From the NCBI GenBank assembly GCA_963664405.1, contig OY761158.1, positions 3,424,001-3,488,000 of the forward strand: DNA of 64,000 nt. Reading direction: 5' to 3'. Source of the DNA: Thermoanaerobaculia bacterium. Lineage in GTDB: Bacteria; Acidobacteriota; Thermoanaerobaculia; Multivoradales; Multivoraceae. Below, in pieces: positions 15,026 to 25,227 of this stretch; within the stretch, counting starts at the first letter, position 1; every line of letters begins with the position of its first letter. The position numbers and the translations under genes are program-made. Under the pieces are notes generated by a model. The model saw only the letters and a list, made by a program, of their open reading frames with translations, ran no database searches and was not told where the DNA came from.

Positions 15026-15941
15026 GGGAGACCTCTCTCTCTTCGAGCATGCTTAGAGAGGCGTCCGGATCGGCGTGCGCAACAAGGAAGTCCTGAAAGC
15101 TGGTCGCGGCACGACTGAGGCCCTGGCGCCGAAGGAAAATGATGCCGAGCGGCCGTTTGAGCTCGGGCTCCAGTTCGACAACAGAAAGCACGCCTACACT
15201 GGCTTCGCGCTGGACCGTCCGACGAGGCAGGATGGCCACCGCGTCGGTGATCGCGAGAAGGTTCTTGAGCGTGTCGATGTTGTCGAGCTCATTGGCGAGC
15301 TCTGGTTCAACGCCTTCGCTGCGTAGGTAGCGCCGGATCTCACGGGCCATCGGCAGACCCGAGTCGAGGCCGAGCATCGGCAGGCCGTCGAGATCGCTGG
15401 CGAGGACCTGATGGCGGGAGGCGAGGGGGTGGTCGGGCGCACAGGCCACGGTCATTCGCTCATCTCGCAAGGGCCTAACCGCCAGTCCCGGCCACCGTCG
15501 AGGGTAGGAGACGATGCCGAAGTCGCAGGCGCCCTCCCGAACCGAACGATCGACAGCCTCAGGACGCTGATAGTGAAGACCTATATGCACCGCCGGGTGG
15601 CGCTGCTGGAACCCATCTCGGTGCGCCTGAAGGAGGTCGATGCCCGCCGAATAGATGGCGGCGACAACAACTTCTCCCTCGAGCTGCTCGTCGATCTCGG
15701 CGACCCGACGAGTGAGATCGTCGTAGCGTTCGACCAGAGCTCGAGCCTCGCGGGCGAAGAGCTCTCCGGCTGGAGTGAGAGCCGGGGGGCGGACGCTGCG
15801 ATCCAGGAGCAGGGTCCCGAGCTTCTCCTCCAATTGGTGGATCCGCTGGCTTACAGCGGACTGTGTTACGCCATGGAGCACTGCAGCACGGCTGAAGCTG
15901 CGCAAGCTCGCGACATCTGAAAAGAGCCGTAGATTCTGCAC
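15015..15941 (-). CDS. LysR-family transcriptional regulator (probable gltBD regulator)
   Basis: SFSRAA..GVTQSAVSQRIHQLEEKLG HTH; overlaps gltB start by 11 bp. Confidence 0.93.
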
Positions 15942-15953
15942 GGGGGGGCGCGC

Positions 15954-16026
15954 ATCCTATCATTAGTGGATATGATGTCAATGTTCCTATGGATAAGCAG
16001 GACTTATTTTGCCTCATGCATAAGTC
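15954..16026 (-). promoter_or_regulatory. Sigma70-type promoter of lysR-gltBD with LysR-type operator
   Basis: Minus strand TTGACA(15981-76)-N16-TAGGAT(15959-54) with TGn; palindrome ATAAG-N5-CTTAT (T-N11-A) at 15993-16007; GACTTAT-N12-ATAAGTC at 16001-16026; AT-rich. Confidence 0.65.
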
Positions 16027-16085
16027 GGCTCCGAGAAGCGCCGCCACAGGTTTTGCGAAGGACCCGCCGGGAGCCTGTAGCGACT

Positions 16086-17378
16086 TCAGGCCGTCAACAC
16101 ATCGAGGAGCTCCGAGTAGCGCGGCTCCAGGGTGACGATCTGCTCCTGCAGGTCCAGGCGCTCGAGGAGAGCGTCGGGCATCTCGATCTTGGTCTCCAGG
16201 ACGTCCTCGACCGTCTCAGGGAACTTCGCGGGGTGCGCGGTCCCCAAGAAGACTCCTTGTGCGTCCGGATCGCGCTCGAGCTGCGCTTCGAGTGCTAGAA
16301 AACCGATGGCGGAGTGGGGATCGAGAAGATAGCCATTCTCCCGGTAGACCCGGCCGATGGTGGCGCGGACCTCGGCGTCGGTGTGGCTGCTCCCCTCTAG
16401 GTCGCGCCGCAGCCGGTCGATATCGTTGTCGTAGAGATAGAGAATGCGCTCGAAGTTGCTCGGATTGCCTACGTCCATCGCGTTGGTGAGGGTGGCGCGA
16501 GAGCTGCGAGGGCTGAAGACGCCGGTCTCGAGGTACTCGGGTACCACGTCGTTGATATTCGTTGCCGCTACGAAGAGGTCGACCGGGAGGCCGAGGCGTT
16601 TGGCCATCAGACCTGCGGTGAGATTGCCGAAGTTGCCACTCGGAGTCGCCACCACGACCCTCCGCGCCCCAGCTGGCAATTGAGCGTAAGCGATGAAGTA
16701 GTAGAAGATCTGAGGTAAGAGTCGACCCACGTTGATGCTATTTGCCGAAGCTAGCGCGCCTGACGGACGTAGCTCTTTATCGCTGAGGGCACGCTTTACC
16801 AGCCGCTGGCAATCGTCAAAAGTACCGCGAATGGCAATAGCCTCTACGTTGCCGCGCAGGGTAGTGAAGAGCTTTCTTTGCGGTTCGCTGATCTTGCCCT
16901 CCGGGAAGAGCACGACCACACGAAAACCGGGCTGCTCTAGAAAGGCATGCGCGACAGCGCTACCGGTATCGCCCGAGGTTGCCACAAGGATAGTGAGATC
17001 TCGGTCCGCGCCACGTCGGTAGTGGCCCATGAGCGCTGCCATGAAGCGTGCACCGACGTCTTTGAAGGCGAGAGTCGGGCCGTGGAAGAGCTCGAGGATC
17101 GCCATTCCTTCACGCACCTCGACCAGAGGGAGAGGAAAGTCGAGGCTGCGCTCGATCAGATCCGCAAGTTCACGCTCGCTGAGATCCTCCCCTAGCAGAT
17201 GTTCGGCGATCCGCAGCGCGATCTCATTCTGGCCGAGCTCGCGAAAGCCGAGAACCTGCTCCTCGAGAGAGCGCAGGCACTGAGGGAAGTAAAGACCCCC
17301 GTCCTCCGCCATCGCAGAAAAGAGAGCCTCTTCGAGAGAAAGCGAGATGGCGGTGTTGCGCGTACTCAGGAAGCGCAC
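16086..17378 (-). CDS. thrC: Threonine synthase
   Basis: DGGLY, LELFHGPTLAFKD PLP Lys, ATSGDTG, PSGNFGN, TAHPAKF; GTG start at 17378. Confidence 0.96.
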   Translation of the reverse strand: MRFLSTRNTAISLSLEEALFSAMAEDGGLYFPQCLRSLEEQVLGFRELGQNEIALRIAEHLLGEDLSERELADLIERSLDFPLPLVEVREGMAILELFHGPTLAFKDVGARFMAALMGHYRRGADRDLTILVATSGDTGSAVAHAFLEQPGFRVVVLFPEGKISEPQRKLFTTLRGNVEAIAIRGTFDDCQRLVKRALSDKELRPSGALASANSINVGRLLPQIFYYFIAYAQLPAGARRVVVATPSGNFGNLTAGLMAKRLGLPVDLFVAATNINDVVPEYLETGVFSPRSSRATLTNAMDVGNPSNFERILYLYDNDIDRLRRDLEGSSHTDAEVRATIGRVYRENGYLLDPHSAIGFLALEAQLERDPDAQGVFLGTAHPAKFPETVEDVLETKIEMPDALLERLDLQEQIVTLEPRYSELLDVLTA

Positions 17379-18322
17379 GTCTTCGCCTGCAGCAGCCGGG
17401 CGCCACCAGCTCCGACCGCAGTCGTGTAGCGATCTGCCGCCATCCCCGTCGCCTTGCCGAAGGCCTCGAGCATGGCCTCGGCCACGGCATCCGCGCTTTC
17501 CTGCCCGCGGCAGAGCGCGAAGACTGTGGGTCCTGACCCTGAGAGACTGCATCCCAGAGCGCCGTACTCGATTGCCGCCTTTTTCATTTCGTGGAAGCCG
17601 GGAACCTGGGAGCCGCGCACGGGCTCCGCCACCAGGTCCTCGAGAGAGCGCGAGATCAACTCCCAGTCGTCGCGGAAGAGACCAGCTACGAGCCCCGCTA
17701 CATTGGCCCACTGATGAACCGCGGTGGACAGCGGAATGGCACTGCCGAGAAGGGCGCGTGATTCACCGGTCTGAATTTGGATGTGGGGCCGCACCAGGGC
17801 GCAGCTGAGCCCCCGGGGGACCGGTATCTCGACCACATCGGGTGGATCTAGGCTGCGCACGGCAACAAAGCCGCCGAACAGGCATGGGGCGACGTTGTCG
17901 GCGTGAAGAACACCGCCGCTGGCAATGCGCTCTCCCTCGAGCGCGAAAGACAGGAGCTTCTCAGAAGGCAGTTTGAGACCGAGAAGCTCATTGGCGGCGA
18001 GTACCGCCGCGACTGCGCTGGCGGCGCTCGAGCCTAGACCACTGCCGGCGGCGATTCCCTTTTGAATGTGGAAGCTGAGCCCTCGACTCTCTTCCCCTAC
18101 ACCCTCTAGCAGGGTCAACGCGGCGAGGCCGGCAGTGTTCTGCTCCGGTGTCGAGGGGATCATCCCCCCGCCCCCCTCGATCGAAGAGATCTCGACCCCA
18201 GGCTCGTCGCGGAGGGCTGCGGTCAGGTGGTCGCCCACGCTCTCGATCGCGAAGCCCATGACGTCGAAGCCGCACGCGACATTCGATACGGTCGCCGGGG
18301 CGAATACCTGTACTTCTGGCAT
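17366..18322 (-). CDS. thrB: Homoserine kinase
   Basis: APATVSNVACGFD, GSGLGSSAAS, HADNVAP, SGSGPT. Confidence 0.95.
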   Translation of the reverse strand: MPEVQVFAPATVSNVACGFDVMGFAIESVGDHLTAALRDEPGVEISSIEGGGGMIPSTPEQNTAGLAALTLLEGVGEESRGLSFHIQKGIAAGSGLGSSAASAVAAVLAANELLGLKLPSEKLLSFALEGERIASGGVLHADNVAPCLFGGFVAVRSLDPPDVVEIPVPRGLSCALVRPHIQIQTGESRALLGSAIPLSTAVHQWANVAGLVAGLFRDDWELISRSLEDLVAEPVRGSQVPGFHEMKKAAIEYGALGCSLSGSGPTVFALCRGQESADAVAEAMLEAFGKATGMAADRYTTAVGAGGARLLQAKTCAS

Positions 18323-18324
18323 CG

Positions 18325-20757
18325 CTATGGACTCCGGCGGACGCTGCAGGCGAGGATATCCGCGAACACGCCGGCCGCGGTAACCGCGGTTCCGGCCCCG
18401 GGGCCGCGCACCACCAGCGGGCTCTCGGAGTAGCGCTCGGTGACGAACGAGAAGAGATTCTCGGTCTCGGTAGTGGCGGCGACCGGATGGTCGATTCCAA
18501 CTGTGTCTAGACCCACGGTTGCGCGGGCTCCGTCCCAGCTGGCGAGGTAGGTAAGTCTGCGATCTTGCTTCGAAGCGTCGTTGGCGAGGGCGGCAAAGTG
18601 GGCGTCGAGCTCGGGCAGTCTCTCCCACATCTGCTCGAGCTCGAGCTCTTCCCACTCCCTCGCAGGTAGAAGCGACTGCAGCTCGAGATCCTCGAGCTCG
18701 AGACGAGCTCCTCCGACGCGCGCGAGGATGATCAGTTTGCGCGCGACATCCATTCCGCTGAGATCCTCCCGCGGGTCCGGCTCGGTGAAGCCCCTGAGGT
18801 GGGCCGCCCGAAGAGCCTCGCTGAACGGTGCGCCGCCGCGCAGCTGATGCATGAGAAAGCCGAGCGTTCCGGAAAAGAGACCTTCAGCCCGAACCAGCCG
18901 ATCGCCGGTGGCGAGTTGATCTTGAAGGGTGCGGATGACCGGAAGGCCGGCGCCAACGGTGGCCTCACAATAGAGACGGGCCGAGGGGCTCTGCGCAGCG
19001 ACGATCTCGTCCCATACAGCTTGTCGATCGGCGAGAGGCTTCTTGTTAGCAGTGACGATACTCACCCCGCCTCTCAGGAGATCGGCGTAGAGAGCGCCCA
19101 TGCCATCGCTTGCGGTGCAATCGACGAGGACTCGTGCCCCGGGAGTCGCGAGTATGTAGGCCTTGAGGGCCTCCGGATCGTGGCCTGGGCAGTCGTCGGT
19201 GTCCAGTAGCTCGGCGTTCCAGGTGGATCGGTCTATCCGCTGGCGGTCGAGGCTCATGCGTCGGCTGTTGGCGACACCCGAGAGACTTAGACCGTCGCTG
19301 ACGGGTGCCTCTCTCAGCTGGCGGAGCAGCTCGGCGCCAACCCCACCGACGCCTAGCAAGAAGACGTTCAGTCTGGGTGTGGCGAAGAAAGCATCGTGAA
19401 GAGTCTGCAAGGCTCGGGTCTCTTCTCGGGCAGGGACGGCACAGGAGATATTGAGCTCCGAGGAGCCTTGCGCGATAGCGCCGACGTTGATTCCTGCCTC
19501 GCCGAGTGCCCCGAAGAGGCGCCCCGCGATGCCGGGTCGATGAGACATCTCTGCACCGACCACGGCGACGACAGAGAAGTCCTCGTCGATGACCAGGTCG
19601 TCGATCAGACGCAGATGCCGCTCTCGCTCGAACTCTCTGTGAATGCACTCTCGTGCTTGCTCGACGTAGCGGGGGTCTATGGCCACACAGATCGAGTGCT
19701 GGCTCGAGGCCTGGCTGATGAGGATTACGGTGACCCCTTCCTGGGCGAGAGCATGAAAGAGCCGCCCGGCGGTGCCGGGGAGTCCAATCATGCCGTCTCC
19801 CTCGATGCGAAGAAGGGCGACCTTCGAGATCGAAGAGATGCCGCGGATGGGATGCTCGCTGGGACCCGCCTCTTCGAGCACCAGAGTGCCTTCGAAGGAA
19901 GGGTTCAGGGTGTTCTTGATGACCAGAGGTATCGATGCCCGTCGCGCCGGATGCACGGTTGGCGGAGCCACGACTTTGGCGCCGAAATGGGAGAGCTCGA
20001 GAAGCTCGTCATAGCTCAGCCTCGGAATTGAGAAAGCGCCGGTCACGCGGCGTGGATCCGCGCTCTGAACGCCGTCGACGTCAGTCCAGATCTCGATGCG
20101 CTCGGCTTCCAGCCCAGCGCCGAGAAGTGAGGCGGTGTAGTCGGACGCTCCTCTGCCGAGAGTGGTGGTCTCTCCTTCCGGTGTCGCGGAAAGAAAGCCG
20201 GTGACCACTTGGACCGCACTGCGGCCCTGGAAGTGCTCGCGGATACGCTTGTAGGTCGGTTCGATCTTTACGTTGGCGTTGCCGAAACCGCGATCGGTGA
20301 CAATCAGAGCGCGAGCGTCACAGGCCTCGGCCTCGACACCCTTCTGTCGTAACACGGCGGCAACCAGAGGGGAGGAGAGTCGCTCGCCGGAGGCCAGGAT
20401 CTTGTCTAGAGACCGGGGAGTGCACTCGTGGACGAGAGAGACTCCGGCGAGAATCATCTTGAGCTCACCCACGCACTTGCCGATAGAGAGGCGAAGCTCC
20501 GATCGCTCGGCTTCGCTCTCGAGAGCGTCTACGACCTCGTTGTGGCGCGCATTGAGCTCGTCGCAGAAGGCAGCGAAGTCGGCATCGCCCTGCTGGCTGG
20601 CTGCCGCCGCGGCGTGCAGAGTGTTCGTTACTCCCGACAGTGCCGACACCACCACTGCAACTGGGCCCTCTCGGCGCGCGGCGACGACCAATTCGGCCAC
20701 CGCGCACATGCGCTCATAGTCCCTGACGGAGGTGCCGCCGAACTTCATGACTTTCAT
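18325..20757 (-). CDS. thrA: Bifunctional aspartate kinase / homoserine dehydrogenase
   Basis: KFGGTS, ACT domains, GVGGVG, TANKK, EATVGAGLP, EPDPREDLSG, GPGAG..TAAGVF. Confidence 0.96.
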   Translation of the reverse strand: MKVMKFGGTSVRDYERMCAVAELVVAARREGPVAVVVSALSGVTNTLHAAAAASQQGDADFAAFCDELNARHNEVVDALESEAERSELRLSIGKCVGELKMILAGVSLVHECTPRSLDKILASGERLSSPLVAAVLRQKGVEAEACDARALIVTDRGFGNANVKIEPTYKRIREHFQGRSAVQVVTGFLSATPEGETTTLGRGASDYTASLLGAGLEAERIEIWTDVDGVQSADPRRVTGAFSIPRLSYDELLELSHFGAKVVAPPTVHPARRASIPLVIKNTLNPSFEGTLVLEEAGPSEHPIRGISSISKVALLRIEGDGMIGLPGTAGRLFHALAQEGVTVILISQASSQHSICVAIDPRYVEQARECIHREFERERHLRLIDDLVIDEDFSVVAVVGAEMSHRPGIAGRLFGALGEAGINVGAIAQGSSELNISCAVPAREETRALQTLHDAFFATPRLNVFLLGVGGVGAELLRQLREAPVSDGLSLSGVANSRRMSLDRQRIDRSTWNAELLDTDDCPGHDPEALKAYILATPGARVLVDCTASDGMGALYADLLRGGVSIVTANKKPLADRQAVWDEIVAAQSPSARLYCEATVGAGLPVIRTLQDQLATGDRLVRAEGLFSGTLGFLMHQLRGGAPFSEALRAAHLRGFTEPDPREDLSGMDVARKLIILARVGGARLELEDLELQSLLPAREWEELELEQMWERLPELDAHFAALANDASKQDRRLTYLASWDGARATVGLDTVGIDHPVAATTETENLFSFVTERYSESPLVVRGPGAGTAVTAAGVFADILACSVRRSP

Positions 20758-20843
20758 GGCGATAGATCCGGAAGGGCGCTCGAAGGGGCCGAATCTTAGC
20801 ATCGCCGCGGGCGCGGTGGCGCATCGACAAAGGGACGGCGAGC

Positions 20844-20872
20844 TTGCGTTGATCCTCTGCGCCTCCTACCAT
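20844..20872 (+). promoter_or_regulatory. Putative promoter giving a leaderless radical SAM transcript
   Basis: TTGCGT-N17-TACCAT, then 7 nt to ATG 20880; no SD sequence. Confidence 0.5.
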
Positions 20873-20879
20873 TTGCCGG

Positions 20880-22433
20880 ATGAAGCCCCAGGACTGGTCC
20901 AAGCACCGCGCCAGCGAGCGCTATGTCGAGGAACAACCCCGCGAGGGGCGATACTCGATGGCTCTGGCATACGCCAACAGTTATCACGTTGGGATGTCCA
21001 GTCTTGGCTTCCAGCGTGTCTGGGATCTGGTGCAGAAACGAGAGGGGTGGCTCTGCGAGCGCTTCTTCTGCGATGGCGAGGGCCCGCCTCGGTCTGTCGA
21101 AGGCTCCTCGCCGATGGGAGCTTTTGGCTGCTTATCTTTTTCGGTGTCGTTCGAAGAGGACTACGTGAACCTGCTGGCGATGCTCAGCCGCGCAGGTATT
21201 CCTCTGCGACGCGACGAGCGCGGCAAGGACCATCCGCTGGTGCTGGTTGGAGGGTCCTGCGCCATGATCAACCCTCTTCCGATGGCTGAGTTTGTCGATG
21301 TCTTTGCTCTCGGAGCCGCCGAGAACGTGCTGCCGCCGCTGCTGTTGGCCCTCGAAGAGGAGTCGAGCAAGGAAGCTGTGCTCCGGCGGTTGGCGGAGGA
21401 GCCAGGCTTCTTTGTCGCCGGTTGTCATCGCCCCGAAGAAGATCCAGCGATGGAGAAGCTCAGCAAGCTGGAGCTGAGCGCAGAACAAATGCGCCAGCCG
21501 GGCTTTCTCCCCACCAGTGCCATCATCACTCCTCACACTGAGTTCTCCGACAAGTTTCTGATCGAGATGTCTCGGGGATGCCCTGAGAAGTGTCGCTACT
21601 GCTGGGCCACTTTCGGTATGGGGGCCTTTCGTTGGCACCCCACCGACGCCATCCTCAGCTCTCTCGAACGGGCCAGAGCGGTGACGGATCAGTTGGGATT
21701 TGTCGCCACCGCGGTCGGAGACCACCCCGACATCGAAATGATTCTCGACCAAGCTTGCGCGCAGGGGTTTCGTACTTCGGTCTCCTCCATTCGCATTCCC
21801 GCGGTCACCGAGGGCATTCTCGGATCGCTGCATCGATCGGGAGATCGCTCGATCACTCTCGCCCCCGAGACCGGCAGCGACGAGCTGCGCGCGAAGATGG
21901 GGAAACCGGTCACGAACCGGATGCTGCTGGAGAAGATCCAGCTCATCTTTGCAACCGGCTTTACCCACCTGAAGCTCTACTTCATCATCGGTCAGCCGGA
22001 AGAGACGACGGAGGATGTTCTCGCAATCGCTCAGCTCGCCGCTGAGGCTCGTCGGGTCATGCTTGTCGAGGCGCGTCGGAGCGGGGTCGTCGGGCACATC
22101 CACCTCGGCACCAACATCTTGATTCCGAAGCCCTACACGCCATGGCAGCGAGAGCCGTTCGGAGACACACGGAGCTTGCGGGCGAAGATCTCGCTGCTTC
22201 GGCGAGAGCTCGCGAAACTGCCCAATGTGTCGATGGGCCCGGTCTCGATCCGGCAGGCGAGATGGCAGGCCTACATCACACGGGCGGGTAGCGATGCCGC
22301 GGATGCTCTGGAAGCGGCGGCCGGAGGAGAGTCTGTAGCCTCAGTCCTCCGCCGCTTTGCTCCAAGCATCGACGCTGAGATCCAATCTCGCAAATCCGAC
22401 CGGCTCCGTTGGCACTTCATGCGAGCGGGCTGA
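20880..22433 (+). CDS. Radical SAM protein (B12-binding-like N-terminus, TIGR03960-like family)
   Basis: YANSYHVGMSSLG, NPLPMAEFVD, RGCPEKCRYC CxxxCxxC, TLAPETG, KLYFIIG. Confidence 0.88.
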   Translation: MKPQDWSKHRASERYVEEQPREGRYSMALAYANSYHVGMSSLGFQRVWDLVQKREGWLCERFFCDGEGPPRSVEGSSPMGAFGCLSFSVSFEEDYVNLLAMLSRAGIPLRRDERGKDHPLVLVGGSCAMINPLPMAEFVDVFALGAAENVLPPLLLALEEESSKEAVLRRLAEEPGFFVAGCHRPEEDPAMEKLSKLELSAEQMRQPGFLPTSAIITPHTEFSDKFLIEMSRGCPEKCRYCWATFGMGAFRWHPTDAILSSLERARAVTDQLGFVATAVGDHPDIEMILDQACAQGFRTSVSSIRIPAVTEGILGSLHRSGDRSITLAPETGSDELRAKMGKPVTNRMLLEKIQLIFATGFTHLKLYFIIGQPEETTEDVLAIAQLAAEARRVMLVEARRSGVVGHIHLGTNILIPKPYTPWQREPFGDTRSLRAKISLLRRELAKLPNVSMGPVSIRQARWQAYITRAGSDAADALEAAAGGESVASVLRRFAPSIDAEIQSRKSDRLRWHFMRAG

Positions 22434-23334
22434 GCCCTCCTTCACTGGGGCCAGCCGGGGCGAGAAACACTACCTTCTCTGGCGCCAGAGCGATCTTTAC
22501 CGGCAGGGTCACACGAAGGGGGTCGCCATCGATCTGGAGGAGGCTGTACTTTTGCTCTCCTTCAAGAGTGGCTTCGACTGTCTCCCATGTCGCGACGTCC
22601 TCTCGGCGGAGATGGGTTCCCATCAGGGCGTCGATCGCGAAGGAGAGGGTCGCTAATCGGCGCCCATCGAATACCAGGGCATCGAGCATTTCATCACAGG
22701 GATCGGCTCTCGGTGACAGAGCGACAGGACCCCCGTAGAGATGCATATTACTCACCACGATGAAGGTTCCTCGTCGTTTCTCGCCTTCGTGGGAGAGGGT
22801 GTACAAGGGGAAGCGATAGCTCGGAATGGTCGCCGCAATCTGCGTCGCAACGGCCAACCGCCCCCAGCGCTGCTTCGCGTTGGCGGCCGTGCGGTGGAGG
22901 ATCTCAGCGTCGATCCCCGCCGATACCATGATCAGGAAGGGCGCGTCCCCGCACATTCCCACGTCGAGCAGGTGGGTGGAGAGGGGGCCGCAGTATGCGC
23001 GACAGGCCTTAATGGGGTCGCCTGGCAGCCCGAATGCGAGCGCGATGACGTTCACGGTTCCTGCCGGAAGCATCGCCAGTTCGACCTTTGACCCGAGAAG
23101 CCCTGCCGCCAGCTCACGCTGAGTGCCGTCTCCTCCGAGGCCGAAGATGACTTGCTGGTGACCGGCCTCTACCGCTTCGCGCGCCAAGAGAGTCGCGTGG
23201 CCGGCGCGCTCGGTCTCCCTTACCTCCACCGAAAAGCCGCCACCGCGCAGGATCGAGAGCATCTCCGGCAGCCGACCCGACCATCTACGGCCGCCACCGG
23301 AGTTGGGGTTGGTTATCAATAGGCCGCTCTTCAC
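22417..23334 (-). CDS. Diacylglycerol/lipid kinase family protein (YegS/DagK-like)
   Basis: NPNSG, GGDGT, PAGTVN, QIDGD. Confidence 0.88.
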   Translation of the reverse strand: MKSGLLITNPNSGGGRRWSGRLPEMLSILRGGGFSVEVRETERAGHATLLAREAVEAGHQQVIFGLGGDGTQRELAAGLLGSKVELAMLPAGTVNVIALAFGLPGDPIKACRAYCGPLSTHLLDVGMCGDAPFLIMVSAGIDAEILHRTAANAKQRWGRLAVATQIAATIPSYRFPLYTLSHEGEKRRGTFIVVSNMHLYGGPVALSPRADPCDEMLDALVFDGRRLATLSFAIDALMGTHLRREDVATWETVEATLEGEQKYSLLQIDGDPLRVTLPVKIALAPEKVVFLAPAGPSEGGLSPLA

Positions 23335-23397
23335 CGGACCTTCAAACTGCCTTCGGGTGCCGAGAAGTCGGCGAGCGGTGACGGCACTGCTTGGCGC

Positions 23398-24423
23398 CTA
23401 GAAGAGCGTGGGCTCCGAAGGCTTGGGCTCCTCGAGCCCGAGATGCCGGTACGCTCTCATAGTGGCGACGCGACCTCTTGGGGTCCGTTGCAGGAATCCC
23501 TCCTGGATCAGGTAGGGCTCGTAGATGTCCTCGAGAGTGCCGCGGTCTTCTCCGATTGCCGCCGCAATCGCCTGTACTCCCGCCGGCCCACCCTGGTAGT
23601 GCTGGATCAGCGTATTGAGGATCTTTCGGTCGACCTCGTCGAAGCCCAACTCGTCGACTTCGAGGAAGTCCAACCCTCCTCTGGCGACGGCTCCGTCGAC
23701 TCGTCCGTCGCCGCGCACCTGAGCGAAGTCTCGAACTCGGCGCAGCAGTCGGTTGGCGATCCGCGGAGTGCCTCGGCTGCGGCCGGCGATCTCGTTCGCG
23801 CCCTCGTCGTCGATGTCGACACGGAGCAGCCTGGCCGAGCGCAGCAGGATGCTCGCGAGGTGTTCCGGGCGATAGAAGTCGAGCCGATGAACGATCCCAA
23901 AACGAGCTCGCAGGGGAGCTGTGATGAGTCCTGCACGAGTGGTGGCGCCGATCAACGTAAAGGGCGGGAGATCGACCTTCACGCTCTGGGCCGCGGGTCC
24001 GTGACCCAGCATGACATCGACCTGGAAATCCTCGATGGCCGGGTAGAGAATCTCTTCCACTGTTGCACTGAGACGGTGGATCTCATCGATAAACAGGACC
24101 TGCTTGGGCTCCAGGTTCATCAAAATGTTGACGAGATCGCCCGCCTTCTCGAGCACCGGGCCGGAGGTGGACTTGAAGGGCGCCTGCATCTCATTGGCGA
24201 TGATGCTGGCCAGCGTAGTCTTGCCTAGGCCTGGCGGGCCGAAGAGAAAGACATGGTCGAGGGCCTCTTTGCGCTCGATTGCGGCTTGAATGAACACCCG
24301 AAGGTTCTCGACCACCCGGTCTTGGCCGACGTATTCTTCGAACTCGCGAGGGCGAAGGGAGACCTCCGCCTGTAGGTCCTCGCTGGACGCGCTCGCCGAA
24401 AGAATCTGAGGGTCGGTGGTCAC
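23398..24423 (-). CDS. ruvB: Holliday junction branch migration helicase RuvB
   Basis: [41 protein letters not shown]; GTG start chosen. Confidence 0.97.
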   Translation of the reverse strand: MTTDPQILSASASSEDLQAEVSLRPREFEEYVGQDRVVENLRVFIQAAIERKEALDHVFLFGPPGLGKTTLASIIANEMQAPFKSTSGPVLEKAGDLVNILMNLEPKQVLFIDEIHRLSATVEEILYPAIEDFQVDVMLGHGPAAQSVKVDLPPFTLIGATTRAGLITAPLRARFGIVHRLDFYRPEHLASILLRSARLLRVDIDDEGANEIAGRSRGTPRIANRLLRRVRDFAQVRGDGRVDGAVARGGLDFLEVDELGFDEVDRKILNTLIQHYQGGPAGVQAIAAAIGEDRGTLEDIYEPYLIQEGFLQRTPRGRVATMRAYRHLGLEEPKPSEPTLF

Positions 24424-24490
24424 ACTTGTAGTGTAACCCGCTAGCCCCCTTGTCAGGTGGGGCGATCGCTGCACTCCGCCGCCCGCGGCA

Positions 24491-24581
24491 CTAGGAGCGT
24501 GTCCGAGAATTCGGACAGGCGAGTAGTTCTCAGGCGGGGATGGGCCGGAAAACGGGCCGAAGGCGCGTTTTCTGGGGCTAG
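24491..24581. repeat. 91-bp CTAG-bounded dispersed repeat, copy 1
   Basis: 85/91 identical to the reverse complement of 58556-58646; two internal hairpins. Confidence 0.9.
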
Positions 24582-24596
24582 GTAGCTCCTGCCGGG

Positions 24597-25202
24597 CTAG
24601 GCTCTCGAGAGTTTCTTGAGACTCAAGCGAAGGAGCTCGGCGAAGGGGGCGCCGTCGGCCGCCTCCTGGCAGGCCATTTCGGCGGCCTGCTCGGCGTTGG
24701 CTTTACGATAGCCGAGGTTTTCCAGCGCGGAGATGAGGTCGTCTTGAGGACTGAGCGCCACTCTGGCAGGCCCTTGACTGTTCTCAGCCAGGAATTTGGC
24801 GGCCGCCTCTTTGAGCTCGAGAATCATCCGCTCGGCGGTCTTCTTGCCCACACCGGGAATCCGCGTCAGGCGGGTCGCATCTTGCTGGGCGAGGGCGTTT
24901 AGCAGGTCTTCCCAACCCATCCCGGACATGATGACCTGGGCTAGACGTGGGCCGATGCCGGATACCGAAATGAGCTTGTCGAAGACCCGCTTCTCCTCTT
25001 CGGTCAGAAAGCCGTAGAGCTCGAGCGCGTCTTCACGCACATGAGTCTTGATGTACAAAGAGACCGAGTCGTTGGGTCCGCTTGCCTCGATCTCGCAATA
25101 GGTCGAGAAAGGAACGTGAATGGCGTAGCCAACGCCGTTGACGTCGAGCAAGATGTTGTCTGGGGCGCTGGCGAGGAGCACACCTTTGAGAAAGCCGATC
25201 AA
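24597..25202 (-). CDS. ruvA: Holliday junction DNA-binding protein RuvA
   Basis: [54 protein letters not shown]; TTG start. Confidence 0.96.
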   Translation of the reverse strand: MIGFLKGVLLASAPDNILLDVNGVGYAIHVPFSTYCEIEASGPNDSVSLYIKTHVREDALELYGFLTEEEKRVFDKLISVSGIGPRLAQVIMSGMGWEDLLNALAQQDATRLTRIPGVGKKTAERMILELKEAAAKFLAENSQGPARVALSPQDDLISALENLGYRKANAEQAAEMACQEAADGAPFAELLRLSLKKLSRA

Positions 25203-25227
25203 GCTCGAAGCCTCAGAGGTGTGAGAG

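Noticed and set aside
20758-20879. Threonine attenuator, T-box or riboswitch upstream of thrA
   Set aside because: Only 122 bp, shared with a divergent gene; no Thr/Ile-rich leader peptide, T-box motif or U-tract terminator seen
23398-25202. Absence of ruvC next to ruvAB
   Set aside because: ruvC is often unlinked; cannot be judged from one window
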